A stretch of 63,402 bases of DNA, filler included, from an uncultured Methanosarcinales archaeon (GTDB lineage: Archaea; Nanobdellota; Nanobdellia; Woesearchaeales; CAZPJY01), in assembly GCA_964587045.1 (NCBI GenBank). It is 3 parts of 3 records of this genome, joined end to end, with 100 filler letters (N's around TTAATTAATTAA, not from the genome) between each part and the next. Parts side by side here need not be neighbours in the genome. Positions count along the whole stretch, not along the records: positions 1 to 24,306 come from CAZPJY010000027.1; positions 24,407 to 48,380 come from CAZPJY010000028.1; 1 more part is not named here. One strand, given 5' to 3'. Shown here one piece after another: positions 18,801 to 27,994 of this stretch; within the stretch, counting starts at the first letter, position 1; each line of letters opens with the position of its first letter. A model generated the notes under the pieces. The model saw only the letters and a list, made by a program, of their open reading frames with translations, searched no databases and had not been told where the DNA came from. Position numbers and translations under genes: made by a program.

Positions 18801-19223
18801 CAAGGGTTCTGTTGGCGGGCAGTGGCTGTTCTGGGTGCACTGCACACACACACCATAGATGCATATTGGGTACTGGTCAGGGCAGTTGTCTTCCTCGCGG
18901 ACCAAGCATCCATGCTCGTCGGCCTGACACGTCCAATAAGATGTCTCATTGCTGCATTGTTTTTCACCAGCTGAGCAGGTGTCAGTGCATGCCTCTGCTT
19001 CGGCGCATTGCTGGCGGAGGTCATCGCATGCCGTGTTGTCTGAGGTGCAGTACTGGACTTCGCAATCAGTCGTGCAGTCGCATACGTAGTCATCAAAGCA
19101 GGTCACTCCATCAGACTGGCCGCATATCTGCAGGCAGCGAGTCGATGTCGTGCAAGGATCCGATTTCGCAAATGGTAGAAGTAGTATTGCTAGGACTAGG
19201 AAAACGTACCTCTTTTCTCCCAT
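15801..19223 (-). CDS. Large Cys-rich surface protein with Ig-like domains and C-terminal TM
   Basis: Signal peptide, CVEC/CVQC repeats, DPDGD, Ig-like strands, TM plus cytoplasmic helical tail. Confidence 0.85.
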   Translation of the reverse strand: MGEKRYVFLVLAILLLPFAKSDPCTTSTRCLQICGQSDGVTCFDDYVCDCTTDCEVQYCTSDNTACDDLRQQCAEAEACTDTCSAGEKQCSNETSYWTCQADEHGCLVREEDNCPDQYPICIYGVCVQCTQNSHCPPTEPLCTSNHVCIPCGSDGQYCTECGNTVAVSGSDEPFGSYTSFGQEGCCGDNEGEYLASDSVCCPHPEMSVSSGGECYSEDQALCGNDCTAGATACNEDKSSVVVCDTSGACPTYITTTICPCFNGACVECLEDPDCSSNAYNTRCDETLHECVQCSYDAQCPIGFCQDNVCVECRETSDCAMGYDCVDNSCESVYGDCSDTDSTAANPLTVRGTCTDPAGQSFMDYCDGAYVLTEYSCVRNHCVESRETALQCSQGVACTDADSDGYYDQEQCEPYDSCRYDNGGGYVDSTGCPCEGTWFGDRCINVTGTVSNQKPVIGGTTYYETYVGQQVDLDYVVRDPDGDQISVTQVGKWSTRSFTPEVYASDPFSLAVIAVDSKGAMANLTIRVLVRPTTDMPETQVYRVEAGQKLVATLPFVPETGVNVEVDPPRFRVDELGRFSWTPLASDAGENDFKVSVTNLATMNTNIFDVLIVVINPVEDRIQTGLIAVKSPTQGGTYPEGTLNFEVGSAPDGLILSMMLDEEGYQMRSRSRAQYVAAGRHQVWFRGYDQTGRVSAKSEVIEFTVEKPKQPVAERFAVMPAEGETVRTLDVPFNFIYEKPGVDFDRDAIVMRIETADAERTINPGQTVRFDRDGEQQVKVTLYDTVNDVVRYEVRRTFRIVSNNLTLEVLSPENGTTYSSDVILKARSFGLCRFRLNEGQEADLVTGLPLNPVKGENFLEVMCKDPYSQEFIKQDIFFVYKPKIELLAGTVKVLDSVVQSIRSEEEVPVTADFEAVRRAIEKDIARTQPQAGSEDVANEVSRVEARAQATQKRASISKSVKQVKKKNETEIRIRIDPEVVLYNFSVYEDIPKDVAYSASEIESNHPFTVIESDPLIVWSFAKVDQEIEITYSVKGDVSSSKVRGASTVAVAGTITSQTVGISMFDLWPLLIIPLVSVFFIFFHRFSPHTVKMDEHMGMLIEYVEQAREMGGGDKAIRKRLEESGWPSHLVNQAIKQAQKAS

Positions 19224-19337
19224 GGGCTATAAATCTGGGGGGCTTGCTTTATATAGTTTTTCCTTGGCCTGTTAGAGGGTAAAGTTTATATATAACCCTC
19301 TTGTGATGAAATCCAACTTAATCGGGGGTGAAATTAG

Positions 19338-19874
19338 ATGAAGAAATTTTTAGTTATAGGCGTGATACTTACGCTGCTCCTCATGAGCACCTCAATGGCT
19401 ATCACCGCGCCAGAACAGGAGGCTGAGGATGGGTTTAGATGGGGCGACAGGCTCGAGCCGGTCGCTGCTAACCAGCTGGAGCTGGCAGCTGAGACGATAG
19501 CGGAAGCCGAGGCGTACATACTGGGTATGGAAGCGCAGGGCTACGATGCAAGCGCAGCTTGGGATATCCTTGAGCGCGCTCAGATCAACTACGACAGGGC
19601 TGAGTACTTCTATAACAATGGCAGGTACTTGCTGTCGATTACGTTCTCGAGGGTTGCTTACCGGCTGGCGCTGTTTTCGATGGACGACCAGAACTTCGTG
19701 CCTGGCTCCTCAGGCGGTCTTCCGTACGGTGCATCATGCAATGACAACTCGGAGTGCGAGAGCGGGATCTGCCTTGCTGCTGGGACGTGTGGATGTTCGA
19801 GCAATGCAGACTGCTCATATCCACAGACTTGTGATATTAGCGGTTTCTACGGAACACCTAATGTTTGTGTGTAA
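19338..19874 (+). CDS. Secreted protein with helical core and Cys-rich tail
   Basis: Signal peptide, GGGGTGA SD, GASCNDNSECESGIC tail. Confidence 0.75.
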   Translation: MKKFLVIGVILTLLLMSTSMAITAPEQEAEDGFRWGDRLEPVAANQLELAAETIAEAEAYILGMEAQGYDASAAWDILERAQINYDRAEYFYNNGRYLLSITFSRVAYRLALFSMDDQNFVPGSSGGLPYGASCNDNSECESGICLAAGTCGCSSNADCSYPQTCDISGFYGTPNVCV

Positions 19875-19893
19875 TTTTTCTTTATAATTATTT

Positions 19894-19961
19894 TTACTTA
19901 TTTAGTAAGTATAAGATAGTAAAATTTATATATAATTACTGATATAGTAAGTATATCAGTA
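19894..19961. promoter_or_regulatory. Repeated palindromic operator-like sites around a TATA box
   Basis: TTACTTATTTAGTAAGTATA (19894-19913) vs TTACTGATATAGTAAGTATA (19936-19955), 18/20 identical; TTTATATA at 19925-19932; inverted repeat 19937-19961. Confidence 0.65.
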
Positions 19962-20251
19962 TGGGAAAACCTGTAGTGGGAGAGGAGTTACTGGACCGAT
20001 TGATAGACCAGCTTAGGAAGAAGGGCCTCTCCTACCGTGAGATCTTCTCCATGCTGGACAGCTCGGAGGCCGCTGTTTCTCTTATTCCCATCGAGATCTT
20101 CGAAGATCGGCGCCTCGGCCCTTTGGAAGCTATCATTCTCTACCTCAAGGACCAGCGCGGACTGACATACCACAAGATAGCCTTGCTGCTGAAACGCAAC
20201 GACCGCACCATTTGGACCGCGTACCAGAAGGCCAGGAGGAAGGTACAATGA
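19961..20251 (+). CDS. Small HTH DNA-binding protein (sigma70-r4-like, DPANN-type)
   Basis: IPIEIFEDRRLGPLEAIILYLKDQRGLTYHKIALLLKRNDRTIWTAYQKA. Confidence 0.75.
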   Translation: MGKPVVGEELLDRLIDQLRKKGLSYREIFSMLDSSEAAVSLIPIEIFEDRRLGPLEAIILYLKDQRGLTYHKIALLLKRNDRTIWTAYQKARRKVQ

Positions 20252-23200
20252 GAAGCAGGATAATGCTAGGAATGTGCCTAATAATCCTTCTAATTATCTG
20301 GACTGCTAAGTCCACTGAAGCATTATGCCAATCACAGGATTTAGGAACTGGATGGAATGTGACGAGCGCTGAAAGTTGTTATATCTTCAACGAGACAATT
20401 CTCCTGAATGAGACCCTTTATGTGCGAGGCAATCTTACTCTTGATAGGACAAATTTAAGAATGAACAATGCGGGTTCAAATGGTTCTGTAAACATTATCG
20501 TTGAAACAGGCGGCCGCCTATATATAATAAATGAGTCAAATATTACATATGGCATCAACCCAAATTGGTATTATGGATTTCAGACTAATGGGGAATCATT
20601 GCATATAAATGATAGCTACATTGATCATTGTGGAATAAATAATTCCTATGATTTTGGTGGTATATATATCAACTCTGAAGATACAATAATCTCAAACACA
20701 ACCATAACAAATACCACCACAGCGATATCCATTAATTCCAATTATACCAAAATTCTTGATTCAAAAATTATAAACGCTTCTTTAAGAGGAATCAGGATTT
20801 TAAACACAAATAGTCTTAATGTCACGGTTGAAAATACATTATTATATGATATAGGGTATTATGGAATCACAATAACAGGTAAAAATCACCATATTTATGG
20901 TAACCAATTTAACCATAGTCAGTATGGAATTTATGAAAGCGGAACAAATCCTTCTATCATTGAGTTGGCAAACAACACCTTTGTCGATATAAGTGTCAGT
21001 GATATCAGAATTCAGGACTATCCTTTTTCATTGACCAATGACAACGTCAATAAAAATAACATATTAATTAATGGCCAAGGCAACATCACCTTCAACTGGT
21101 ACGTCCGCGTCAACGTGACCTTCAACAACGGCACGCCAGCACAGGATATCGACGTAGTTGCGTACGACAGCTTCGGCACCAACACATTGAACCTCACAAC
21201 CGATTCATCAGGCCTGAGCAACTGGACCACGCTGCCCGAAGGAATCGCCAGGTACGGCTTCTCAGGCGGCACCCTCAACACCTCGTACAGCCCCTACAAC
21301 TTCACTGTGAACATCACAGGCTCACTGCAGTACTTCCAAGTCGAGGACGTAAACGGGTCCAAGACCATAGACATCGTCCTCCCCCCACCAGACACCTACT
21401 GCGGCGGCGCCTTCTCCAGCTTCGACAGCCTCTGGAACATATCAGAAGGCGAAAGCGTATCATGCACGGATGAGTATATCTTGCTGGACAGGGACCTGAA
21501 GGTCTACGGCAACCTAAGCGTCAGGAACACCACCATAGTGGTTGAGGGCCTGCCCACCCAGAACGGGACCAGCAACATATACGTCGGCCAGGGAGGCCGC
21601 ATGTGGGTCACAGAATCCAGCAACATAACAGGCAATGACAGCTACTACTTCTCCTTCCAGGCCTACGGCGAAGAGCTGCACCTTAACGACAGCTTCTTCT
21701 CCAACATAGGATTCTCTGCAGCACCCCTGGAAAATGAAAGCCTCTACGCCGCCTCAGGTAACGTTATTATCTCAGGCTCAACCTTCACTGGCCCTGCGGA
21801 TTCAGGCGTCCACTTGGTATCCAACCACTCCGTGGTGGAGGACTCATTATTCAGCGGCTTCATGAACAGGGGCCTGCGAATACACCAAAACACGATCAAC
21901 GTGACGGTGCGCGACAACATATTCTCAAACATAGGTGATGGAGACTCAACGCTGGACCAGTGCATCATGCTCCAGGGCAATAACAACACGCTGGTCAACA
22001 ACACTTTTGAGAGCTGCTTCATAGGGATAGGGGAGATGCAAAACGACGACTCCATCAGCACGTCCATGGTCAACAACTCCTTCCAGAACAACGCTATTGA
22101 CATGCGGGTGAGATACAGGGAGATCACCTCGCTAAACGAGAACATCAACAGGAGCAAGGTCGATTGGGATGCGCACGCCGCGAGCTACGAGTACAACGGA
22201 AACATAACCTTCGAGTGGTACGTCCGCGTCAACGTGACCTTCGCCAACGGGACGCCGGCAGCCAATGCCGATGTCCGGGCGTATGACAATTACTCTTCCG
22301 GCGAGTACAGCTTGCCAACAGGCTCATCGGGTGTCAGCAACTGGACCGTGATGAAAGAAGGCACGATTAACCTTGGGTACAACGAATCCAACGGAGGGCT
22401 CCTTAACATATCCTACACTCCGTACAACTTCTCAGTGAATGTCTCAGGATATCCCTTCACTTACCAGATGATTGATGTGGGTGAGTCAAAGACTGTGGAT
22501 ATAGTGCTGCCTTTGTACGAGAGCTTCTGCGGCGGGGCTTTTTCGGATGGTGAGAGCGAATGGGTCGTGAACAGCAGCGAAGATGTCTACTGCCAGGACG
22601 AGATCATACCACTGACCGTGAACCTGACAGTTGACGGCAACCTTACCCTGTACAACACTACGTTGATCGTCAACGGCACAGCCAACGGCAGCATCAAGAT
22701 ACTTGCCAACCCGTCCAGCACCTTATGGATTCTCGCAAGCAACCTGTCCAGCTGGGATCCGGGCGTCCAGTACACGGTGGAAACCTATGGGAACAACCTC
22801 CAGATAAACCAAAGCAGCATCAGCAGCACCGGCTTCGGACCTGTCCCGGACCAAAGCGGGCTCTACGTTGGCGGCAACTTCTCGATAATTTCAGGGACGA
22901 CCATCAAAGACGCGTATTACGGTATCAACGTGGAAGGCAACAACACCGTCATCGAGGACTGCTACCTGGAAGGAATCAGCGAGAGGGGTATAAGGTTCGG
23001 GACTGATGCCCGGAACACCACTCTCCGCAACAACACCATCAACCTCAACTCGTTGGGCACCGCGGTCTGGCTGAACGGCGACGACGCCCACATATACGGC
23101 AACAGGTTCTGGAACGCTTTCAGGGCGATACTGGAGAACGGGGGAACCCAAGGTTACACATTCCTCTCAAACAACACTTACGAAAACATCACCGTAAACG

Positions 23201-24306
23201 ACATCTCGGCGAGCGATGGATGGTTCGAATCGGTAAACGACGGGGTCAACCGCTCGAAGATAACTATAACCGGAGGGGGGAACATCACATTCAAGGGATA
23301 CGTGCGGGTCAACGTTACCTTCTCAAACGGTACCGCTGCGCCAGGGGTGAACGTGACAGCAAACAACTCGTTTGGTGCTTGGAACGATACGACAGGCGCA
23401 TCCGGCCTCACAGGATGGACGACCCTGATAGAGGGCATGTTCCTCAACAGGAGCACCGGATACGATATTTACAACCTAACAGAAGACTACCTGGTAACCG
23501 CCGAGCTTTCCGGCTATCCCGACACGTGGGTCACGCAGAACATCACCCAGAACATGGTGGTAAACGTCAGCCTGCCCGAAGTGCAGAGCTACTGCGGCGG
23601 CGCCTTCCATTCATATGACACGTTGTGGTACATCCCCTTCAACGAGTCGGTCACATGCTCTGGCGAGAGCATCGTGTTGGGTGTAAACCTCTCAGTGTTC
23701 GGCAACCTGACCATACTGAACTCGACTCTTAACATAAGCTCCTACACCAACGGCTCGGTCTACATCAACCTGAGCAACCAGAGCCGCGCGAGCATTGAGA
23801 ACAGCGCTATATTCGCGCACAGCGCCAGGTACGGGTTCGTGACTGACATGAATACCAGCCTAATCGTTACTGCGGCCAACATATCAGGAGTCGGATGGGA
23901 CAACTACTCGCCATCGAGGGGCATGGACCTTTGGGGATACGCAGAGATCTCTGGCTCCAACATATCAGGATACTACTCGGGCGTCGAGCTCAAGAGCAAC
24001 GGCTCGTCGATACGCGGCTCAAAAGTTTCATCATACCTCGACTTCGCAATACGAGCCACCGAACACAACATAACAATCTCCGATGTGGATGTAAGCAGCG
24101 CGTATGGCGGCGTCTTCCTGCTCTACTGCACGAACTGCACAGTGTCTGACAGCAACATATCAGCAGGCTATGAGGCAGTTCGCGTCGAGAACTCTGGATA
24201 CGGACTCTTGCTGAACAACACCATCGACAGCCAGTACGACAGAGCGGTCCGGCTAATGGAATCCCCTGACAGCGTGCTGGAGTACGACGAGATTACATCA
24301 CCTTAC
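20248..24306 (+). CDS. Large parallel beta-helix (NosD/CASH-like) repeat surface glycoprotein, 3' truncated
   Basis: Signal peptide, many N-x-S/T sequons, about 370-aa modules with YVRVNVTF and YCGGAF; ATGA overlap with the HTH gene; ends at the contig end. Confidence 0.85.
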
Positions 24307-24406
24307 NNNNNNNNNNNNNNNNNNNNNNNNNNNNNNNNNNNNNNNNNNNNTTAATTAATTAANNNNNNNNNNNNNNNNNNNNNNNNNNNNNNNNNNNNNN
24401 NNNNNN
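24307..24406. other. Artificial contig linker
   Basis: N-run, TTAATTAATTAA (stops in all six frames), N-run. Confidence 0.95.
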
Positions 24407-24828
24407 CTGGTGGCACAATTTTAGGCGCATTTTTGATGAAATACGCCTATAAAATTGAAGAAAGATTAGGAGTGAAGAAAACAATTTTTTTAACAACCAT
24501 CTTTCCAGGATTATTATATCTTGCCATGGCTTTCTTTATAGGGCCAATAATGTCATTTATTTGGTATATGCTACTTAGAGGAATAAGTAGTCTTAGAGAT
24601 CCTTTATTCTCCCAATACCAAAATGACCATATCAAAAGCCATAATAGGGCAACTGTGTTATCTGTAATTTCAATGATTGTCTCTTTTTATTTAGCAATAA
24701 TGAGATTAGTGTTAGGAAAAATAGCGAATGAAAACTTAATCCTCTCTTTTATTGTAATGGGGGGGATAATTGTTCTAGGTGCTATCTTATTCAGGATTGA
24801 TGAGAGACACATTAAAGTTACCGTATAA
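24407..24828 (+). CDS. MFS transporter, C-terminal part (5' truncated)
   Basis: KIEERLGVKK, IKSHNRATVLSVISM MFS-type motifs; TM helices. Confidence 0.8.
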
Positions 24829-25095
24829 CGGCACAAAATTAAACTCTGCGGTCGCTTCGCTCCTTGCCCCCCTACGTTAAAGGAGAAATGGGAACGGAAG
24901 AATTTCCTGAATTGCTCGATATAATATTGAGCAAATAAGTGTTATTGAGATCGCTGGTAAAAAATATTACTCGAAATCTCTTGTGAGATTTTGCCCCGCT
25001 TCGCTAATTGGAATGGACGCCTGTTAAAAATTACTGTGCTACCCAGTTTTCCAGAACCCTGCATCGCTTTTAGCTAGAGAAGGATTTAACATTGA

Positions 25096-25533
25096 TTATG
25101 CACAATTAGAAATTCTCCTCAAATCCGTAATAAATGATTTGTTCACTCCCACTCTCATGCAGTTCTTTAAGAATCTACAATTCGCGCAAACTTCTTGTAT
25201 GGTTGCCTCATTTACCCTCCCCACAGACAAATTAAAAACATCCTTAGCCTTATGCACTGAACCTTCTACTAATCCTAGATATTTCAGGACTTTTTTATCT
25301 TGTTCAACAACCCACAACCCAATCTTTTTAGATTGAGCGCAAGTCTGGCCATCTCGATGTGGACACTTCATGCACAGAACGTCAGGTTGAGCAACAATAA
25401 CCTTAATCTCTGTATTAGGATCTTTCCGAATATTCATGCAAACTTCTTTCATGTTTACTGAAAATTCTTCATCATATCCACCACGATAAAAACGGGGTAT
25501 ACAAAGCAAGTGATGGGCGCGAACATCAATCAT
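25096..25533 (-). CDS. DUF1284 family Cys/His metal-binding protein
   Basis: RAHHLLC..F...GY..EF, DVLCMKCP, CANCRF...C. Confidence 0.85.
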   Translation of the reverse strand: MIDVRAHHLLCIPRFYRGGYDEEFSVNMKEVCMNIRKDPNTEIKVIVAQPDVLCMKCPHRDGQTCAQSKKIGLWVVEQDKKVLKYLGLVEGSVHKAKDVFNLSVGRVNEATIQEVCANCRFLKNCMRVGVNKSFITDLRRISNCA

Positions 25534-25837
25534 AATAGCATATAGAGAAATACTACTTAAATATATATCTAAAGCAACTTATAAGGCTTAAAAAGGAGAA
25601 TTTCTAACCCACCTCCTTGTCCGTTGTCGATCCCTACAGGGCGCATTTAATTCCTGCTAGTTTCATCTGACTAACGAGAAGAATAAAAGTTAGTGCAACG
25701 ATGCCGAAGGAAAATTTTAGAGTAAGCGGGCGAGCGTCTTTTGGGACGGGTGTCGTTTTATCAGTAGTTACTTTAGAGTAGTAAAATACCGAAACCTTTA
25801 TAAGGTTGGACTTTATTCTATTTTCAAGGTAATCAAA

Positions 25838-26203
25838 ATGGTATTTGAATATGAGACGTTGTCTGGAATCAGGAGAAAGAGAAGTATCTTATTCATCTCA
25901 GATTTTACACCAGAAGAAAGTAATGGGATAATCATAAACTTAGTGGAAAGAATTGAGCGATATGGACAAAATAGAAATATGCAGAAATATTACGACAGAA
26001 TTATGACTGGGGTAGGTGAAAGAATTGTCAGAGCAACAATGAACAGTGAAGATGGTGTTGTTCAAGGTGTGATAACTTACGTACCCCCAAATTTTCTTAC
26101 TGAGGCAAATGCTGAAATAAATGCGACATTTGATTTCATATCAGATGATAAATCATTAAAACCAGAATATCAGGGGTTAGCTAAGATTCTTCGAAAGATG
26201 TAG
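25838..26203 (+). CDS. Hypothetical protein (AT-rich)
   Basis: ORF with its own BRE/TATA (GAAACCTTTATAA) upstream. Confidence 0.65.
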   Translation: MVFEYETLSGIRRKRSILFISDFTPEESNGIIINLVERIERYGQNRNMQKYYDRIMTGVGERIVRATMNSEDGVVQGVITYVPPNFLTEANAEINATFDFISDDKSLKPEYQGLAKILRKM

Positions 26204-26326
26204 GATTATTTGACACCCGCCCTATTTTATTAATGCTTCAATAAGGGATTTTATGCAATTCTCTGATGGGCGCTGAATGGTATCAAAACAACAACATTTA
26301 TTTAATAATCTATATTCTACTTGGAT

Positions 26327-26656
26327 ATGAAAATAATTTTTTCACCAAAGAGCCATCTGGGCAGATTATCCGTTGTATTAATTGTTTTTGTGCCGATATT
26401 TCTTTATGTCGGCATGTCATTTGTAGGTTTTTATGAATCCATCCCGGCCGGTAGAACAATACTACAGGATATTATGGCTAGGCCCGGGATAGCCCTGCCG
26501 ATGTTGGCCGGGTTGGTTTCGGGAATCGCGGCTTTTTTTACTGGTGTTATCGGTATTATAAGAAAGAAAGATCGTTCTATTCTTGTATTTTTATCCGCTG
26601 CACTGGGATTCTTGGTGTTGCTTTGGTGTTTGGCTGAGATAATATTCCCGCATTAA
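26327..26656 (+). CDS. Small 3-TM membrane protein
   Basis: Three hydrophobic helices, KKDRSILVF, ends EIIFPH. Confidence 0.75.
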   Translation: MKIIFSPKSHLGRLSVVLIVFVPIFLYVGMSFVGFYESIPAGRTILQDIMARPGIALPMLAGLVSGIAAFFTGVIGIIRKKDRSILVFLSAALGFLVLLWCLAEIIFPH

Positions 26657-26686
26657 AATATTTCCCGAAAAGGGTATATTCATCGT

Positions 26687-26815
26687 ATGAAAGAACAAAT
26701 TACGCGGGTTCCAAAACACACGATCCGAGAGTTCTACAATATCACCTATTTAAGCAAATCCGAAATTGCGCTGATAAAGAAAGCTCAGAATAAGTTCAAA
26801 CGAAAGAAATTGTAA
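26687..26815 (+). CDS. Possible 42-aa basic microprotein
   Basis: MKEQITRVPKHTIREFYNITYLSKSEIALIKKAQNKFKRKKL; below the ORF-track cutoff. Confidence 0.3.
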   Translation: MKEQITRVPKHTIREFYNITYLSKSEIALIKKAQNKFKRKKL

Positions 26816-26903
26816 TCTTCCATCATCGGACTTTATTTTCAACACACATAAAGATCCATAACTCTCCGAAAGTTTTTTATACTGAGACCTTATCATCATC
26901 CAA

Positions 26904-27476
26904 ATGATCGACCTGCGCAAGATTGTCATCATCTTCGTCATAGCGGTCCTGTTCGCAATCTTCGTCCACACATTCATACAGGCAGTCTATCCTGCGCCTG
27001 ACTGGAACGACTACTGCAGCAGCGCGGTGAAGCCCAGAGCGACCCCTGTGCGGGAGAACTGCAGCGTCTTCAACGTCCCTGAAGAGCAGTACGCCTCATG
27101 CGGCAACCAGGGAGGGTACATCGAATTCCTCTATGACAGCGAAGGCTGCGCATCAGGCTACACCTGCAACACCTGCAACGTGGGCTATGATGAAGCCAGC
27201 AGGAAGCAGGGCCAGGTCGCTTTCTACCTCTCAGCCCTCCTGAGCCTGATTGCAATCGTAGTCGGGCTGTTCCTTCCCGTGAGCAAGCACCCCCTCAACG
27301 AGTGGATAGGGACTGGGCTCATGCTCGGCGGCCTGTTCAGCCTCTTCTTCGGGACCGCAAGGTACTTCTCTGACCTCAGCAGGATCCTCAGGCCGGTCAT
27401 AATGCTCGTCGAGCTCGCTATCGTGATATTCGTCGCCTACAGGAAGCTCGACCAGAACAAGCCCAAGAAGAAGTAG
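26904..27476 (+). CDS. Conserved 4-TM protein with Cys-rich extracellular loop
   Basis: YPAPDWNDYC, CNTC, IGTGLMLGG. Confidence 0.8.
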   Translation: MIDLRKIVIIFVIAVLFAIFVHTFIQAVYPAPDWNDYCSSAVKPRATPVRENCSVFNVPEEQYASCGNQGGYIEFLYDSEGCASGYTCNTCNVGYDEASRKQGQVAFYLSALLSLIAIVVGLFLPVSKHPLNEWIGTGLMLGGLFSLFFGTARYFSDLSRILRPVIMLVELAIVIFVAYRKLDQNKPKKK

Positions 27477-27478
27477 AC

Positions 27479-27994
27479 TCAATACCTGACCCTGATTTTC
27501 TCCTGCCTGACCAGCACCTTCCTGTTCGAGATGCTTTTCGCATCATCAATGGATGTGTCTATCTCAGACACCTCCCTGTAAATTCTCGACTTGACCCTGA
27601 TCACCATCACGTCGAAACCAAACCCTTCAAGCAGCCGCATGCATTCGAGCTGGTGGTCCTTCAGCTGCTCGTGCTCGAGCTTCACCTCGACGAAAATGCA
27701 TCTTCTAAGACGCCTGTGCCAGGCGAAGTAGTCAGGCAGGCCCGACTCGAGACTGAGCCTGAACTCCTTAAGCCTCCTGCCCAACTTGGCCCTGAGTATC
27801 CTCTCTAGCCTGTTATATTTCCTCTTGACGTTTGGGTAGGTGTGGTAAGCCAGGGAGTGCTCCCTCCCCCTGACTGTGAACCCCTTGAAGACCTCGAAGC
27901 CGCGTCTCTCAAGCCACCTTCTCGCCAACCTCTCCGAGAGTCCTCTGCGCGACCTGTAAGGGTACTGGCGCAGCCTGATCTCCTTTTGTATCAT
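27479..27994 (-). CDS. VRR-NUC family PD-(D/E)XK nuclease
   Basis: SE(RLA), GLPDYF, FVEVK, LKDHQ..C..LLEGFG. Confidence 0.85.
   Translation of the reverse strand: MIQKEIRLRQYPYRSRRGLSERLARRWLERRGFEVFKGFTVRGREHSLAYHTYPNVKRKYNRLERILRAKLGRRLKEFRLSLESGLPDYFAWHRRLRRCIFVEVKLEHEQLKDHQLECMRLLEGFGFDVMVIRVKSRIYREVSEIDTSIDDAKSISNRKVLVRQEKIRVRY

Noticed and set aside
24351..24362. TTAATTAATTAA palindrome (also 48425-48436)
   Set aside because: Synthetic six-frame-stop linker within N runs; adjacency across it has no biological meaning
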